From NCBI GenBank assembly GCA_964651445.1, contig CAZYYW010000003.1:1-58955 (forward strand): a DNA stretch of 58,955 nucleotides. Direction: 5' to 3'. The stretch comes from an uncultured Thiotrichaceae bacterium. Lineage in GTDB: Bacteria > Pseudomonadota > Gammaproteobacteria > SZUA-229. The notes under the pieces were generated by a model. That model did not search any database. It saw only the letters and a program-made list of their open reading frames with translations, and was not told where the DNA came from. Position numbers and translations under genes: made by a program. Below are positions 1-10,886 of the stretch, one piece after another (position 1 is the first letter of the stretch; each line of letters begins with the position of its first letter).

Positions 1-105
1 AAGACTATTACATAAAAAAACCCCTGCGTTACAAGTATTACCGCTACAGTTGTGGTCGTGACCAGCGATTAAAAGAAATATGGGGTAGCTGAAACAACCC
101 TTAAC

Positions 106-537
106 TTATCGACCCGCTGGCGCAGGCGCAGAATATGGTTGCTGCCAGTGTTTGTTTGAACCCTGTGGCGGGTAAAAGTGACCACTGTGCTGCCGGTTAC
201 CCCTGTTTCTATTCCAGTGATCATTGCGCTTGCCATTCCACTGGTTATTCCAGTTGTTATTCCAGCGTCCATCGCTATTACCATCAAAACGATTATCTCC
301 TCTGCCACGCATTTTCATTTTAAACTTAAAATCAGCGTTAAAACCGAGTGATCCATCGCCAGAAGTATTACCCCTGCTATCATGTTGGTTATTGTGTTGA
401 CCATCGTGTTGACCACCATAATAACCATCGTTGAAGCCGCTAGCTTGATTGTTACTGTTATTGCTCCACCAAGCATTAACCGAAGTGGATGCCATTAACA
501 ACGCGGTCGCCATTACCGTCAATAATTTTTTCATCAT
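106..537 (-). CDS. Secreted Gly/Asn/Trp-rich low-complexity protein, sulfur globule protein (Sgp)-like
   Basis: Signal peptide MKKLLTVMATALLMASTSVNA followed by WW, a GDGSLGFNADFKFKMKMRGRG segment, W/N/G-rich repeats and a Pro/Ala tail (PYSAPAPA). This matches the architecture of sulfur globule envelope proteins. SD AGAGGAA at 541-547. Confidence 0.6.
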   Translation of the reverse strand: MMKKLLTVMATALLMASTSVNAWWSNNSNNQASGFNDGYYGGQHDGQHNNQHDSRGNTSGDGSLGFNADFKFKMKMRGRGDNRFDGNSDGRWNNNWNNQWNGKRNDHWNRNRGNRQHSGHFYPPQGSNKHWQQPYSAPAPAGR

Positions 538-770
538 TACTTCCTCTAATTGCTAAAATAATTGCTGCTATGAGTTGCTGCTAATAATTACGGCTAAGAT
601 CTGCCGCAGTCATGTAATCACTATATAAAAATACGCATTTAAAAACAACACAGCGATACCGAAAAAACTCCCACTTGCAGTAAAAAGGCGACTGCTTTAA
701 TCTAAATCAGCCATTTGACAGGGTTTAATGAAGGTGTATCCTACTACTATTCATAAACCTGCTTCCTTAA

Positions 771-932
771 AGGAGCCTCTGAATAAGTCGTGAATCGGCA
801 TCTTGCAGGTTAGCTTATCCTGCTTCCGCGTTGTGAAACTTCGCAATAGCCAGCTATTACGCGCGTTCCACGCCTTGAACCAGAACAAGCTAATCTGCAA
901 TCTGCTCGACCCAGACTTGTTCAGAGGCTCCT
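771..932. mobile_element. 162-bp MITE-like element with IS5-type terminal inverted repeats
   Basis: AGGAGCCTCTGAATAAGTC (771-789) and GACTTGTTCAGAGGCTCCT (914-932) are 19-bp inverted repeats with 1 mismatch, flanked by TAA on both sides (768-770, 933-935). Internal palindromes GCAGGTTAGCTT/AAGCTAATCTGC and AATAGCCAGCTATT. No ORF of note. Confidence 0.7.
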
Positions 933-948
933 TAATCAAAGGCGAATA

Positions 949-987
949 TGTTCATAAATTTGTCACATGTTGTCATATCTTTGTAAC
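949..987 (+). promoter_or_regulatory. Pho box array upstream of pstC
   Basis: Half-sites TGTTCAT (949), TTGTCAC (960), TTGTCAT (970) and TTGTAAC (981) at 10-11 bp spacing, matching the PhoB CTGTCAT-N4 repeat, 22 bp upstream of the pstC ATG. Confidence 0.8.
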
Positions 988-1009
988 ATTTTGCCTCTAA
1001 ACTTGCCGC

Positions 1010-3226
1010 ATGAAAGATCAACTGACACAAAAAAGGTATAACCAACGCGCATTTAAAGATCGAATTGCACGTTATTGTGTGTCAGCGGGCGGTGTCAGCG
1101 TGATTATGGCGATTCTGCTGATATTCTTTTATTTGCTTTATGTTGTTGTTCCAATGTTCAGTTCGGCCGATATAAAACTGAATACTTCTTATAGCGCACC
1201 AGGCGAAGGAAGAACCTTAGCGCTGGGAGTGGAAGAACAAGGCACGATGGCGGTTCGGCTGACAGATCAGGGTCAAATCGTTTTCTTTAGAACAGAATCA
1301 GGCGAAGTGGTCTCGCAAAAAAACCTTGAGCTGCCCGCTAAAATCAGCAGCGTATCACAAAACTTTGACCGTATTGCACTCGGCCTTGAAAATGGCACGG
1401 CACTGGTTCTGCGCTATAAATTCGAACTCAGTTACCCCAACGATATTCGTACCCTGACACCGGTTATTGAATACCCTTTAGGTGCTGAGCCCGTCATAAT
1501 GGATGATTCCGGCGCTGCTTTAACGCACATCGCTCTGCAAGATTATGGCGATGAAGTTGGCTTGGCAGCCGTCACTGACACTAACTATCTAGTATTCGCT
1601 CACTATTTACGTGAAGAATCGTTTCTTACTGACGAAGTCATTACTGAACTAAATTCGCGCTCAAGAAGAGCGATTGAAGACGCCAACATCGTCGGTATTG
1701 CACTGACACCCAGACTCCACCGCGTGTTTATTGCTACCCAGGGTGACAGCATACAGGGTGGCAGCATAATAAAGCACAAACTTAATAACGATGGTTTTGA
1801 TGGTGCGCCACGTACCTACTTATTTGATCAGGGAATCACCTATATAAAGTTACTGTTAGGCGGCTCCTCGCTAATGATTGCACTGGACAATGGTGAAATC
1901 CAGCAATGGATGTCGGTGCGCAAGGAAGGCGGAAGAGAGCTTACATTTATTCGTAATTTCGATAACGAGCAATATTCTATATCGACTATAGCCACTGAAC
2001 AGCGGCGCAAAAGTTTTGCTGTTGCTGACAGCCAAGGCGATGTCACGATATTTTACTCAACATCGCAAAGAACGCTGGCAAATATTAATACCGCGAATAC
2101 CGCAATAGACAAAATGGCATGGTCAGCACGCGCCAAACATTTGTTAGTTTCTGATCAAAATAATCAGTTACATTTATATGACGTAGACAACGAATACCCG
2201 GAAGTATCCTGGGCAGTACTGTGGGAAAAAGTCTGGTACGAAGGTTATGACGAGCCTGATTACATCTGGCAATCTTCTGCTTCCACCGATGATTTCGAAC
2301 CCAAATTCAGCTTGGTTCCTTTATCTTTTGGTACCATTAAAGCCGCCTTCTACGCCATGCTGTTTGCGATTCCCATCGCTATTTTAGGTGCCATGTTCAC
2401 CGCGCATTTTATGGCACCGAAAATGCGGCAAACGGTAAAGCCTGCCATTGAAATCATGGAAGCACTGCCGACCGTTATTTTAGGCTTCCTCGCTGGCATC
2501 TGGTTAGCACCGTTGATTGAAAGCCACCTCGCTGGGGTCTTCACTATATTAATTGTACTGCCTATTAGCTTCATACTGAGCGCAGCCCTTTGGACGATAC
2601 TACCCAATAGATCCATTTTTGAAGGCTGGGAAGCGGCATTATTAGTCCCGGTTGTCATCTTTGCAATCTGGTTTTCCATGGAACTCAGTGTGCCCATTGA
2701 AAACCTGTTTTTTGGTGGCGATTTACGCAATTACATGAGCACTGAATGGGGCTGGGATTACGATCAACGTAATGCGCTAGTGGTTGGTATTATTATGGGC
2801 TTCGCTGTCATTCCAACCATATTTTCCATTGCAGAAGATGCCTTGTTTGGTGTGCCGCAGCATCTGGTTCGTGGCTCGCTCGCACTGGGTGCAACCCGCT
2901 GGCAAACCATGAGCAGCGTGGTTTTACCCGCTGCCAGCCCCGGTATATTTTCGGCCGTCATGATGGGCTTTGGCCGCGCCGTGGGTGAAACCATGATCGT
3001 CTTAATGGCAACAGGTAATACACCACTAATCGACATGAGTATCTTCCAGGGCATGCGCACACTGGCAGCTAATCTTGCCGTAGAAGTACCCGAAGCCGCC
3101 GTCGATAGCACTCACTATCGAGTTTTATTCCTGGCTGCATTTATCCTGTTCATGTTCACTTTCTTCTTTAATACTATTGCTGAAATTATTCGGCACCGGT
3201 TACGCAAAAGGTATAGCGGCTTATGA
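1010..3226 (+). CDS. pstC: Phosphate ABC transporter permease PstC, long form with periplasmic beta-propeller-like domain
   Basis: C-terminal EAA-loop region (EDALFGVPQHLVRGSLALGATRWQT) and GRAVGETMIVLMATGN; first gene of the pst cluster. Confidence 0.93.
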   Translation: MKDQLTQKRYNQRAFKDRIARYCVSAGGVSVIMAILLIFFYLLYVVVPMFSSADIKLNTSYSAPGEGRTLALGVEEQGTMAVRLTDQGQIVFFRTESGEVVSQKNLELPAKISSVSQNFDRIALGLENGTALVLRYKFELSYPNDIRTLTPVIEYPLGAEPVIMDDSGAALTHIALQDYGDEVGLAAVTDTNYLVFAHYLREESFLTDEVITELNSRSRRAIEDANIVGIALTPRLHRVFIATQGDSIQGGSIIKHKLNNDGFDGAPRTYLFDQGITYIKLLLGGSSLMIALDNGEIQQWMSVRKEGGRELTFIRNFDNEQYSISTIATEQRRKSFAVADSQGDVTIFYSTSQRTLANINTANTAIDKMAWSARAKHLLVSDQNNQLHLYDVDNEYPEVSWAVLWEKVWYEGYDEPDYIWQSSASTDDFEPKFSLVPLSFGTIKAAFYAMLFAIPIAILGAMFTAHFMAPKMRQTVKPAIEIMEALPTVILGFLAGIWLAPLIESHLAGVFTILIVLPISFILSAALWTILPNRSIFEGWEAALLVPVVIFAIWFSMELSVPIENLFFGGDLRNYMSTEWGWDYDQRNALVVGIIMGFAVIPTIFSIAEDALFGVPQHLVRGSLALGATRWQTMSSVVLPAASPGIFSAVMMGFGRAVGETMIVLMATGNTPLIDMSIFQGMRTLAANLAVEVPEAAVDSTHYRVLFLAAFILFMFTFFFNTIAEIIRHRLRKRYSGL

Positions 3227-4899
3227 TTCGCCAATGGTTTAGAAGCGGTACGCCGTGGATATGGATGAATGCAGGTGCCATCGCTATTGCGTTGGTGGCA
3301 GTCTTTGGCTTATTGCTATTGATTATGGTACGCGGCATGAGCCACTTTTGGCCGGCCAATGTTGAAGCTTTTCATTTTGAAAATGAAAATCATTCACTCA
3401 CTGTTATTGCAGAAATCGTGCAAACAGAAATCGCACCTAGAGAGGCGCTGCACAAGTTTGAAGACAACCCACAACATGCGTACTTAAAGAAACAAGACAT
3501 TACTCGCTATCTGGTCAAAACCGGCAACCGGGATATTTTAGGCAATGACTTTCGATGGATATACGATATCGATCTAAAAAAACGTGAGCAGCCCGTCGAT
3601 CTGATGGTACTGGAACGCATGGAGTGGGGTAACTTTTACGGCTATATAACCGCCATTTACGAAAATGACCAACTGATCACCAACACTAAAACATCGTCCA
3701 TAGAGGATGTCTGGTCGGAGTTTGGCAAACGTATAGAGCGCAGCAATGAAATTCGCGAGCAAATAATAGAAATTCAACAAGACGATATTGGCTCTATCAA
3801 CTTCCAGTTAGAGCGATTGCGTTTGAAAGAGCGACGTTTATATCTGGATGAAGAGCTTACCAGCACGGCCGTTGAAAATCTGACCAGGCAACGCAGTAAA
3901 CTCAATGCCGAATACAATATATTGTTGCAACAGACTCGCACGCTGCAACAGAAAATTCAACGCGATTCGATTCGTGCGACGGTAATGGATGGTAGCGAGG
4001 TAACGATTGCACTGCAAGACATCGTTAAAGCATGGCAGCCAAACAAAATGACCGCGCTAGAAAAATCCGCGTTTTATGTCAATGCTCTGTGGCGCTTTGT
4101 TTCGGAAGATCCACGCGAATCGAACACTGAAGGCGGTATTTTTCCCGCAATATTCGGCACCGTATTGATGGTCTTACTGATGGCAGCGTTGGTTACACCG
4201 CTGGGCGTCATTGCCGCAATTTATCTAAGCGAGTACGCCAAACAAGGGTTTTTGACTCGTATAATTCGCATTGCGGTCAATAATTTAGCCGGGGTCCCCT
4301 CCATTGTATACGGTGTTTTCGGCCTCGGGTTCTTTGTCTATTTTCTCGGCGGCAATATAGACGCGCTGTTTTTCCCTGAAGCGCACCCCTCACCTACTTT
4401 TGGTACGCCCGGTTTAATGTGGTCATCTCTCACCTTGGCATTACTCACCTTGCCAGTGGTGATTGTCGCCACAGAAGAAGGCTTATCACGCATTCCTAAA
4501 ACACTGCGAGAAGGTAGTCTGGCATTAGGTGCGACAAAATTAGAAACACTCATAAAAGTAATATTGCCGATGGCGAGCCCAGCCATTATGACGGGTTTGA
4601 TTTTAGCCGTCGCGCGAGCAGCGGGTGAAGTTGCACCGTTAATGTTGGTCGGTGTGGTTAAATTAGCACCCAGTTTGCCGTTGGATGGCAACTTCCCATT
4701 TTTACATCTGGATAGAAAATTCATGCATCTGGGCTTCCATATTTATGATGTTGGCTTCCAAAGCCCAAATGTCGAAGCGGCTAGACCTCTAGTGTATGCC
4801 ACTTCGTTTGTACTCGTTGTTGTTATCATCAGCCTAAACTTGACGGCAATTAGTATAAGAAACAGATTACGCGAAAGATATCGCGCCTTAGAAGGTTAA
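3223..4899 (+). CDS. pstA: Phosphate ABC transporter permease PstA, long form
   Basis: GGIFPAIFGT, NLAGVPSIVYGVFGLG, EGSLALGATK and ARAAGEVAPL motifs; ATGA overlap with pstC. Confidence 0.95.
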   Translation: MIRQWFRSGTPWIWMNAGAIAIALVAVFGLLLLIMVRGMSHFWPANVEAFHFENENHSLTVIAEIVQTEIAPREALHKFEDNPQHAYLKKQDITRYLVKTGNRDILGNDFRWIYDIDLKKREQPVDLMVLERMEWGNFYGYITAIYENDQLITNTKTSSIEDVWSEFGKRIERSNEIREQIIEIQQDDIGSINFQLERLRLKERRLYLDEELTSTAVENLTRQRSKLNAEYNILLQQTRTLQQKIQRDSIRATVMDGSEVTIALQDIVKAWQPNKMTALEKSAFYVNALWRFVSEDPRESNTEGGIFPAIFGTVLMVLLMAALVTPLGVIAAIYLSEYAKQGFLTRIIRIAVNNLAGVPSIVYGVFGLGFFVYFLGGNIDALFFPEAHPSPTFGTPGLMWSSLTLALLTLPVVIVATEEGLSRIPKTLREGSLALGATKLETLIKVILPMASPAIMTGLILAVARAAGEVAPLMLVGVVKLAPSLPLDGNFPFLHLDRKFMHLGFHIYDVGFQSPNVEAARPLVYATSFVLVVVIISLNLTAISIRNRLRERYRALEG

Positions 4900-4925
4900 C
4901 CTGATATCCTAATTTTGGAAATATT

Positions 4926-5750
4926 ATGACTGAATCTATCGCCACAAAAATTGACCCTTCATTAATTGCTGCAACAACAGATGCAAACAGCAGCGAAGAA
5001 ATATGTATGGAGGTCAAAGCACTCAACCTGTATTACGGAGAGTCGCAGGCATTAAAAAATATCAATTTTGAATTGAAAAAAAATCAGGTGACGGCTTTTA
5101 TTGGCCCCAGTGGTTGCGGAAAATCAACCTTACTGCGCTGTTTTAATCGGATGAATGATCTGGTCGATAGTGTTCGTGTTGAAGGTGAAATCATCCTCGA
5201 CGGCAATAACATCTACGCACCGGAAATTGATGTCACTGCCCTACGGCAACGTGTCGGCATGGTATTTCAAAAACCCAATCCATTCCCCATGAGTATTTTT
5301 GAGAATGTTGCCTATGGGCTTCGTTTACAGGGCATTAAAAAACGCCGATTACTGGAAGAAAGAGTGGTATGGGCATTAAAAGGCGCCGCCTTGTGGGACG
5401 AAGTAAAGGATCGCCTTGACGAAAGCGCACTCGGTTTATCCGGTGGCCAACAGCAACGCTTAGTCATTGCCCGTGCCATTGCCGTTGAACCGGAGATACT
5501 ATTACTTGACGAACCGGCGTCCGCACTTGACCCCATTTCCACCTTGAAAATTGAAGAACTAATACATGAATTAAAATCACAGTATACTATTCTTATCGTC
5601 ACCCATAACATGCAACAAGCCGCTCGTGTTTCTGACGAAACCGCATTTATGTATATCGGTGAGATGGTGGAATTTGGTAAAACAGGTGATATCTTTACCA
5701 ACCCAACAAAAAAACAAACCGAAGATTATATTACTGGTCGTTACGGCTAA
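4926..5750 (+). CDS. pstB: Phosphate ABC transporter ATPase PstB
   Basis: Walker [18 protein letters not shown] signature, C-terminal [10 protein letters not shown]. Confidence 0.97.
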   Translation: MTESIATKIDPSLIAATTDANSSEEICMEVKALNLYYGESQALKNINFELKKNQVTAFIGPSGCGKSTLLRCFNRMNDLVDSVRVEGEIILDGNNIYAPEIDVTALRQRVGMVFQKPNPFPMSIFENVAYGLRLQGIKKRRLLEERVVWALKGAALWDEVKDRLDESALGLSGGQQQRLVIARAIAVEPEILLLDEPASALDPISTLKIEELIHELKSQYTILIVTHNMQQAARVSDETAFMYIGEMVEFGKTGDIFTNPTKKQTEDYITGRYG

Positions 5751-5784
5751 CACGACAAAGCTCGATCGATAACGAGGTTCAATT

Positions 5785-6501
5785 ATGGATTCAAATAATA
5801 CAAACCAGCATATTTCTCATCAATTTGATGAAGAAATGGAAAACCTGCGCAACATGGTATTAAAAATGGGCGGTCTGGTTGAACAGCAGATTCATGGTGC
5901 CATTGACGCTTTGCATAGCACCAATGCCGTCGGTGCTGAAAAGATCATTAAACGCGATCATAAAGTTAATGCAATGGAAGTACGCATTGATGAAGCTTGC
6001 ACCCAGATACTTGCCCGCCGCCAACCAGCAGCCACAGATCTGAGAATGGTTGTCGCTGTGATTAAAACCATTACTGACCTTGAACGCATTGGTGATGAAG
6101 CAGAAAAAATCGCGAAGATGGCATTAAACCTCGCAGAAGAAGATATTAACTTCCATGCTCGATATGCAGGCATACGTCATCTTGCCGAACAGGTACAGCG
6201 CATGGTTCACGATGTGCTTGATGCCTATGCACGTTTAGATGTCGATGCTGCGCTCAAGGTTGTACGCGATGATGAGCTGGCAGATAAAGAATACCGGGAC
6301 ATGATTCGCTTACTTATCACCTTTATGATGGAAGATCCAAGAACAATCTCTGAAGTCCTGAATGTGATTTGGGCGGCACGAGCATTAGAACGCATCGGTG
6401 ACCACGCCAAAAATATTGGTGAATATGTGATTTATCTAGTAAAAGGTAAGGACATACGACATCTCGATATTGATGAAGTGGAAAAAGATATACTCACCTA
6501 A
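5785..6501 (+). CDS. phoU: Phosphate signalling regulator PhoU
   Basis: ARRQPAATDLR, TDLERIGDEA and RALERIGDHAKNI repeats. Confidence 0.97.
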   Translation: MDSNNTNQHISHQFDEEMENLRNMVLKMGGLVEQQIHGAIDALHSTNAVGAEKIIKRDHKVNAMEVRIDEACTQILARRQPAATDLRMVVAVIKTITDLERIGDEAEKIAKMALNLAEEDINFHARYAGIRHLAEQVQRMVHDVLDAYARLDVDAALKVVRDDELADKEYRDMIRLLITFMMEDPRTISEVLNVIWAARALERIGDHAKNIGEYVIYLVKGKDIRHLDIDEVEKDILT

Positions 6502-6512
6502 CGGTAAAGAGC

Positions 6513-7193
6513 ATGAAACAAGCCAATATTCTGCTAGTTGAAGATGACCAGGCCATACAGGATATGCTGCACCTTTCTTTATCAGCGGAAGGTTATACCT
6601 TGTACCAAGCCTATACCGTAAAACAAGGTTGGGAAATCATCCAGGAAAAAGCCATTGACTTGACCTTGCTTGACTGGATGTTGCCAGACAATAGTGGCAT
6701 CGACCTGTTACACCGTATTCGTAAATACCACTCAAAACTACCCGTTATCATGGTAACGGCTAAATCTGAAGAAGAAGACCGCATACTGGGACTGGATGTC
6801 GGCGCCGATGATTACGTTACCAAACCTTTTTCTGTACGCGAATTAAATTCCAGAATCCAGGCATTATTACGCCGTTCCATGCCCGACGAACAACCGCTGC
6901 GTATTGGCGAACTGTTTTTAGACCCTGTTAGTCACCGTGTAAAAGTAAAAGAAACAACTATAGAACTGTCGCCTACCGAATTTCGTCTGCTACACTATTT
7001 CATGTCTCACACAGATCGGGTTTTTACACGAACGCAGTTACTGGATCAGGTATGGGGTTCTCAAGTATATGTTGAGGAAAGAACCGTAGATGTACACATT
7101 CGGCGCTTAAGAAAACAATTGCAACCCTTTGCCCTCGATACCTTATTACAAACCGTTCACGGTAGCGGTTATCGCTTCTCTAAACAGAAGTGA
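6513..7193 (+). CDS. phoB: Response regulator PhoB
   Basis: Receiver domain LLDWMLP plus winged-helix VEERTVDVHIRRLRK; located between phoU and phoR. Confidence 0.93.
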   Translation: MKQANILLVEDDQAIQDMLHLSLSAEGYTLYQAYTVKQGWEIIQEKAIDLTLLDWMLPDNSGIDLLHRIRKYHSKLPVIMVTAKSEEEDRILGLDVGADDYVTKPFSVRELNSRIQALLRRSMPDEQPLRIGELFLDPVSHRVKVKETTIELSPTEFRLLHYFMSHTDRVFTRTQLLDQVWGSQVYVEERTVDVHIRRLRKQLQPFALDTLLQTVHGSGYRFSKQK

Positions 7194-7203
7194 CTAAACA
7201 GTA

Positions 7204-8538
7204 ATGGCATCACATCGTTTAACACCCAGTCTAAAACGCGAACTCGCAATAATTTCTGCGTGGATGTTTTTCATATTATTGCTCGGCAGTATAATGGGCG
7301 CTATATCCTTGTTTCTGTTTCTTGGCCTACTTATATACACCGTCTGGAATTTATACAACCTTAACCAGTTAAGTAAATGGTTAAATAATCCTTCCAAAAA
7401 AATGCCTGAAGTGGTCGGCATTTGGGACGATGTGTATCATCAAATATACCAGCTATACAAACGCCAACGAAAGTCACGGCGCAAGCTCACTGCAATACTC
7501 AATCGCTATCAAAAATCCACACAAGCCCTGCCCTACGCCACCATCATATTGAACCAATCGAATGAAATCGAATGGTTTAATCCTGCTGCAAAAGGCATGT
7601 TTGATTTACACAATAAAAGTGATGTCGGGCAACGCATTGGTAATTTAATTCGTCAACCAGTATTCATACAATACCTTGCAAAAAAAGAATTTACAAAATC
7701 TCTGAAATTTTCTACCAACCAAATAAACATCATACTCAGCATAACACCCTATGGTGACGGGCAATTTCTTGTAAGCGCCCGCGACATCACTGCCGTCAGC
7801 AAACTTGATAAAATGCGCCGTGATTTCATCTCAAATGCATCACATGAGTTACGAACACCACTGACTGTTATATCAGGCTATGTGGAGTTTTTACAGCATA
7901 ATACCGACGAAAAAATAAAAAAACCACTCGATAATATTCAGACACAAACACTTCGCATGGAAAAAATTATTAGCGAGCTGATAGAGTTGGCAAAACTCGA
8001 ATCATCAATAAGCATCGATTATACAAAAACAGTGGATGTCGAAACCCTGTTAAACGATGTTTATAACGAAGCCTTGGCCTTCGATAACAATAAACATAAT
8101 ATTACGCTGGATATAGAAATTCAAAACTCGACTAGCAAGAACAATTCAAAATTGAACGGAAGTTATGAAGAGATACGAATGGCTTTATCAAATTTAATGA
8201 CCAATGCCATTCGTTATACCAATGAAGGTGGCACTATAAAGCTATTTTCACAAAGCCACGGTAACAACCTTTCAATCGGCGTACAAGATAGTGGTACAGG
8301 CATAAATTATAAACATATCCCAAGGCTCACTGAACGTTTTTACCGCGTAGATAAAGGTCGATCAAGAGAATACGGTGGCACCGGATTGGGTCTGTCAATT
8401 GTCAAACATGTGTTAGACCGGCACAACGCAACATTACAGATACAAAGTGAACAGGGGAAAGGCAGCACATTTCGTTGCGACTTCCCCTCTTTTATCAGTG
8501 CCAATATAAAAAATGATGCATCCTCTCTTCTCTTATGA
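7204..8538 (+). CDS. phoR: Sensor histidine kinase PhoR
   Basis: N-terminal TM, PAS region (EIEWFNPAA), H-box DFISNASHELRTPLT, ERFYRVDKGRSR and GGTGLGLSIVKH. Confidence 0.93.
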   Translation: MASHRLTPSLKRELAIISAWMFFILLLGSIMGAISLFLFLGLLIYTVWNLYNLNQLSKWLNNPSKKMPEVVGIWDDVYHQIYQLYKRQRKSRRKLTAILNRYQKSTQALPYATIILNQSNEIEWFNPAAKGMFDLHNKSDVGQRIGNLIRQPVFIQYLAKKEFTKSLKFSTNQINIILSITPYGDGQFLVSARDITAVSKLDKMRRDFISNASHELRTPLTVISGYVEFLQHNTDEKIKKPLDNIQTQTLRMEKIISELIELAKLESSISIDYTKTVDVETLLNDVYNEALAFDNNKHNITLDIEIQNSTSKNNSKLNGSYEEIRMALSNLMTNAIRYTNEGGTIKLFSQSHGNNLSIGVQDSGTGINYKHIPRLTERFYRVDKGRSREYGGTGLGLSIVKHVLDRHNATLQIQSEQGKGSTFRCDFPSFISANIKNDASSLLL

Positions 8539-8618
8539 CCATTTGCGGAAAACAATACTTTTAACATTTACGTTAGTTGTCAAAATCATTTTTTGAGCTA
8601 TCGTGTAAAAGTCTCGAC

Positions 8619-8658
8619 TTGTAACAAAATTGTCATATTTTTGTTACAAGACCTTCAC
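8619..8658 (+). promoter_or_regulatory. Pho box array upstream of pstS
   Basis: TTGTAAC (8619), TTGTCAT (8630), TTGTTAC (8641) and CCTTCAC (8652) at exact 11-bp periodicity. Confidence 0.85.
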
Positions 8659-8707
8659 ATTTTCAATACAGAATATCCTGCTTACACAATCTAGAGTATA
8701 TTGACCA

Positions 8708-9700
8708 ATGAAGAAAAAACAAACGTTCACTGCTATCAACGCAGTCATAACCAGTACAATTTTTGGCTTAGGTTTGCTTGCCTCAAGTACTGCAATTGCA
8801 ATCACTGCTGACGAAGGCATCCCTGAATATAAAGCCGTTAGTGGTATTTCAGGCAATGTTTCAAGCGTTGGATCAGATACCCTGGCAAACCTGATGACCT
8901 TATGGGCGGAAAAATTCAAGCACTACTATCCGAATGTAAACATTCAGATACAGGGAGCAGGTTCATCAACAGCACCTACCGCCTTAACCGAAGCAACAGC
9001 AAATTTTGGCCCTATGAGCCGAAAAATGAAAGCCAAGGAAATAGCCGCATTTGAAGATCGCCATGGTTATAAACCGCTTGCTATCCCGGTTGCTATCGAT
9101 GCACTTGTTGTTTACGTTAATAAAGACAACCCTCTAAAGGGCATCACGATTCCTCAGATTGATGCGGTATTTTCCTCTACCCGAAAGTGTGGTCTCGAAA
9201 ATGACATCAAAAAATGGGGCGATTTAGGTTTAACCGGTAGCTGGGTAAATCGTGATATACAACTGTTTGGCCGTAATTCAGTTTCTGGCACCTACGGTTA
9301 CTTTAAAAAGAAAGCGCTTTGTAAAGGTGATTTTAAAAACAACGTAAATGAACAGCCTGGCTCTGCTTCGGTCGTACAATCGGTTTCGACTTCATTAAAC
9401 GGTATGGGTTACTCTGGAATTGGTTACCGCACAACCAGCGTTCGTGCATTGCCTTTAGCAAAAAAAGAAGGTGGGGAATTTATCGAACCCACATTGGCAA
9501 ATGCGGCTTCAGGTAAATATTCACTGTCTCGTTTTCTCTACGTCTACATCAACAAACATCCCAATAAACCTTTAGCGCCTATGGAAAGAGAATTTATCAA
9601 ACTAATTCTTTCTAAAACCGGTCAAGAAGTCGTTATTAAGGATGGTTATGTGCCTCTACCTGCATCTGTAGTGAAAAAATATCTGGCAAAAATTAAGTAA
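8708..9700 (+). CDS. pstS: Phosphate-binding periplasmic protein PstS
   Basis: Signal peptide, [21 protein letters not shown] and [13 protein letters not shown] motifs. Confidence 0.95.
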   Translation: MKKKQTFTAINAVITSTIFGLGLLASSTAIAITADEGIPEYKAVSGISGNVSSVGSDTLANLMTLWAEKFKHYYPNVNIQIQGAGSSTAPTALTEATANFGPMSRKMKAKEIAAFEDRHGYKPLAIPVAIDALVVYVNKDNPLKGITIPQIDAVFSSTRKCGLENDIKKWGDLGLTGSWVNRDIQLFGRNSVSGTYGYFKKKALCKGDFKNNVNEQPGSASVVQSVSTSLNGMGYSGIGYRTTSVRALPLAKKEGGEFIEPTLANAASGKYSLSRFLYVYINKHPNKPLAPMEREFIKLILSKTGQEVVIKDGYVPLPASVVKKYLAKIK

Positions 9701-9731
9701 ATATTACTTCACTTAGAGACCTTTGTACGAT

Positions 9732-9876
9732 TGTTCTGGTCAAGTCCAACCGGACACTCTCTTTAGAGAGTTTTCATAGTTAATTGGTGATTGATCACCA
9801 TTAGTAGTATGCAGCCTCTCAAGGTTGTCATACGTTTGCTGACATACCAGCCGACAATACGTCGTGAGTATAAATC
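9732..9876 (-). mobile_element. Internally deleted IS3-family remnant (right end)
   Basis: Minus strand encodes DLYSRRIVGWYVSKRMTT (rve core) fused at an ACAAC microhomology to NLERLHTTNGDQSPINYENSLKRVSGWT* (IS3 OrfB C-terminus). It ends in an IS3-type IR (plus strand TGTTCTGGTCAAGTCCAACCGGACAC from 9732). Confidence 0.8.
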
Positions 9877-9893
9877 TGTAGTGGTCTAATAGA

Positions 9894-10270
<377 letters not shown>

Positions 10271-10284
10271 ACAACAAGACGCGA

Positions 10285-10313
10285 ATCATACGGACTTAAT
10301 GATAAAATTGCAA
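10285..10313 (-). promoter_or_regulatory. sigma70 promoter of tRNA-fMet
   Basis: TTGCAA-N17-TATGAT followed by a GC-rich discriminator. Confidence 0.7.
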
Positions 10314-10565
10314 GATAATTAAGGGGAAAGTGAAAGAAAAAAATTTATTGGTGCGTTCAATTGTATTGCCTCAGATTTTATCTGAAAGTTACTAAATAAA
10401 TTTAGATGTAGCGATAGCTGTGGATTTTAATTGTTAAGGGTCTCAGAGTAAGCATCAAAGTATATTGAGGTACTGGTTGTTTTTATGGGGCAATTATTTT
10501 TCCAGAGGTGGCCGTTAATATGCAAGTTGCAGTGCCTAGTCCGAATAATCCACGGAACTCGAGAA

Positions 10566-10787
10566 CTAACCCTTAGGATTCAGCCCACCCAGAATAAATT
10601 TGAGGATGTCACCTGGCTGACATTCCAAAATCTAACAGATTTTCCCCAGTGTGGAGAAACGCACGCACTTAACTTTACCCGTGGGCAGTAGCGATAAGTT
10701 CTGCTCGGTAATGCCAATTTTAGTGGCAAGTTTTTTGCCGCGAATCTTAAGTTTAGCTTGTATGACATCTAGAGATACTCTGATCAA
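10566..10787 (-). pseudogene. Cro/C1-type HTH regulator (YozG-like) pseudogene
   Basis: Not in the ORF track. Translates LIRVSLDVIQAKLKIRGKKLATKIGITEQNLSLLPTGKVKCVRFSTLGKIC*ILECQPGDILKF, with one in-frame TAG at 10632-10634. Confidence 0.75.
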
Positions 10788-10886
10788 ATCCAATTAATTT
10801 GGGTTGACATTAGCCTAAAATAATAATATTCCTATTCGGTGCTGAGGATCGAAGCTCAAGGATGGTGGCAAGGAATCAACAGCCCT

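Noticed and set aside
10804-10832. sigma70 promoter starting with a perfect TTGACA
   Set aside because: No acceptable -10 hexamer at 16-18 bp spacing and no downstream gene on that strand.
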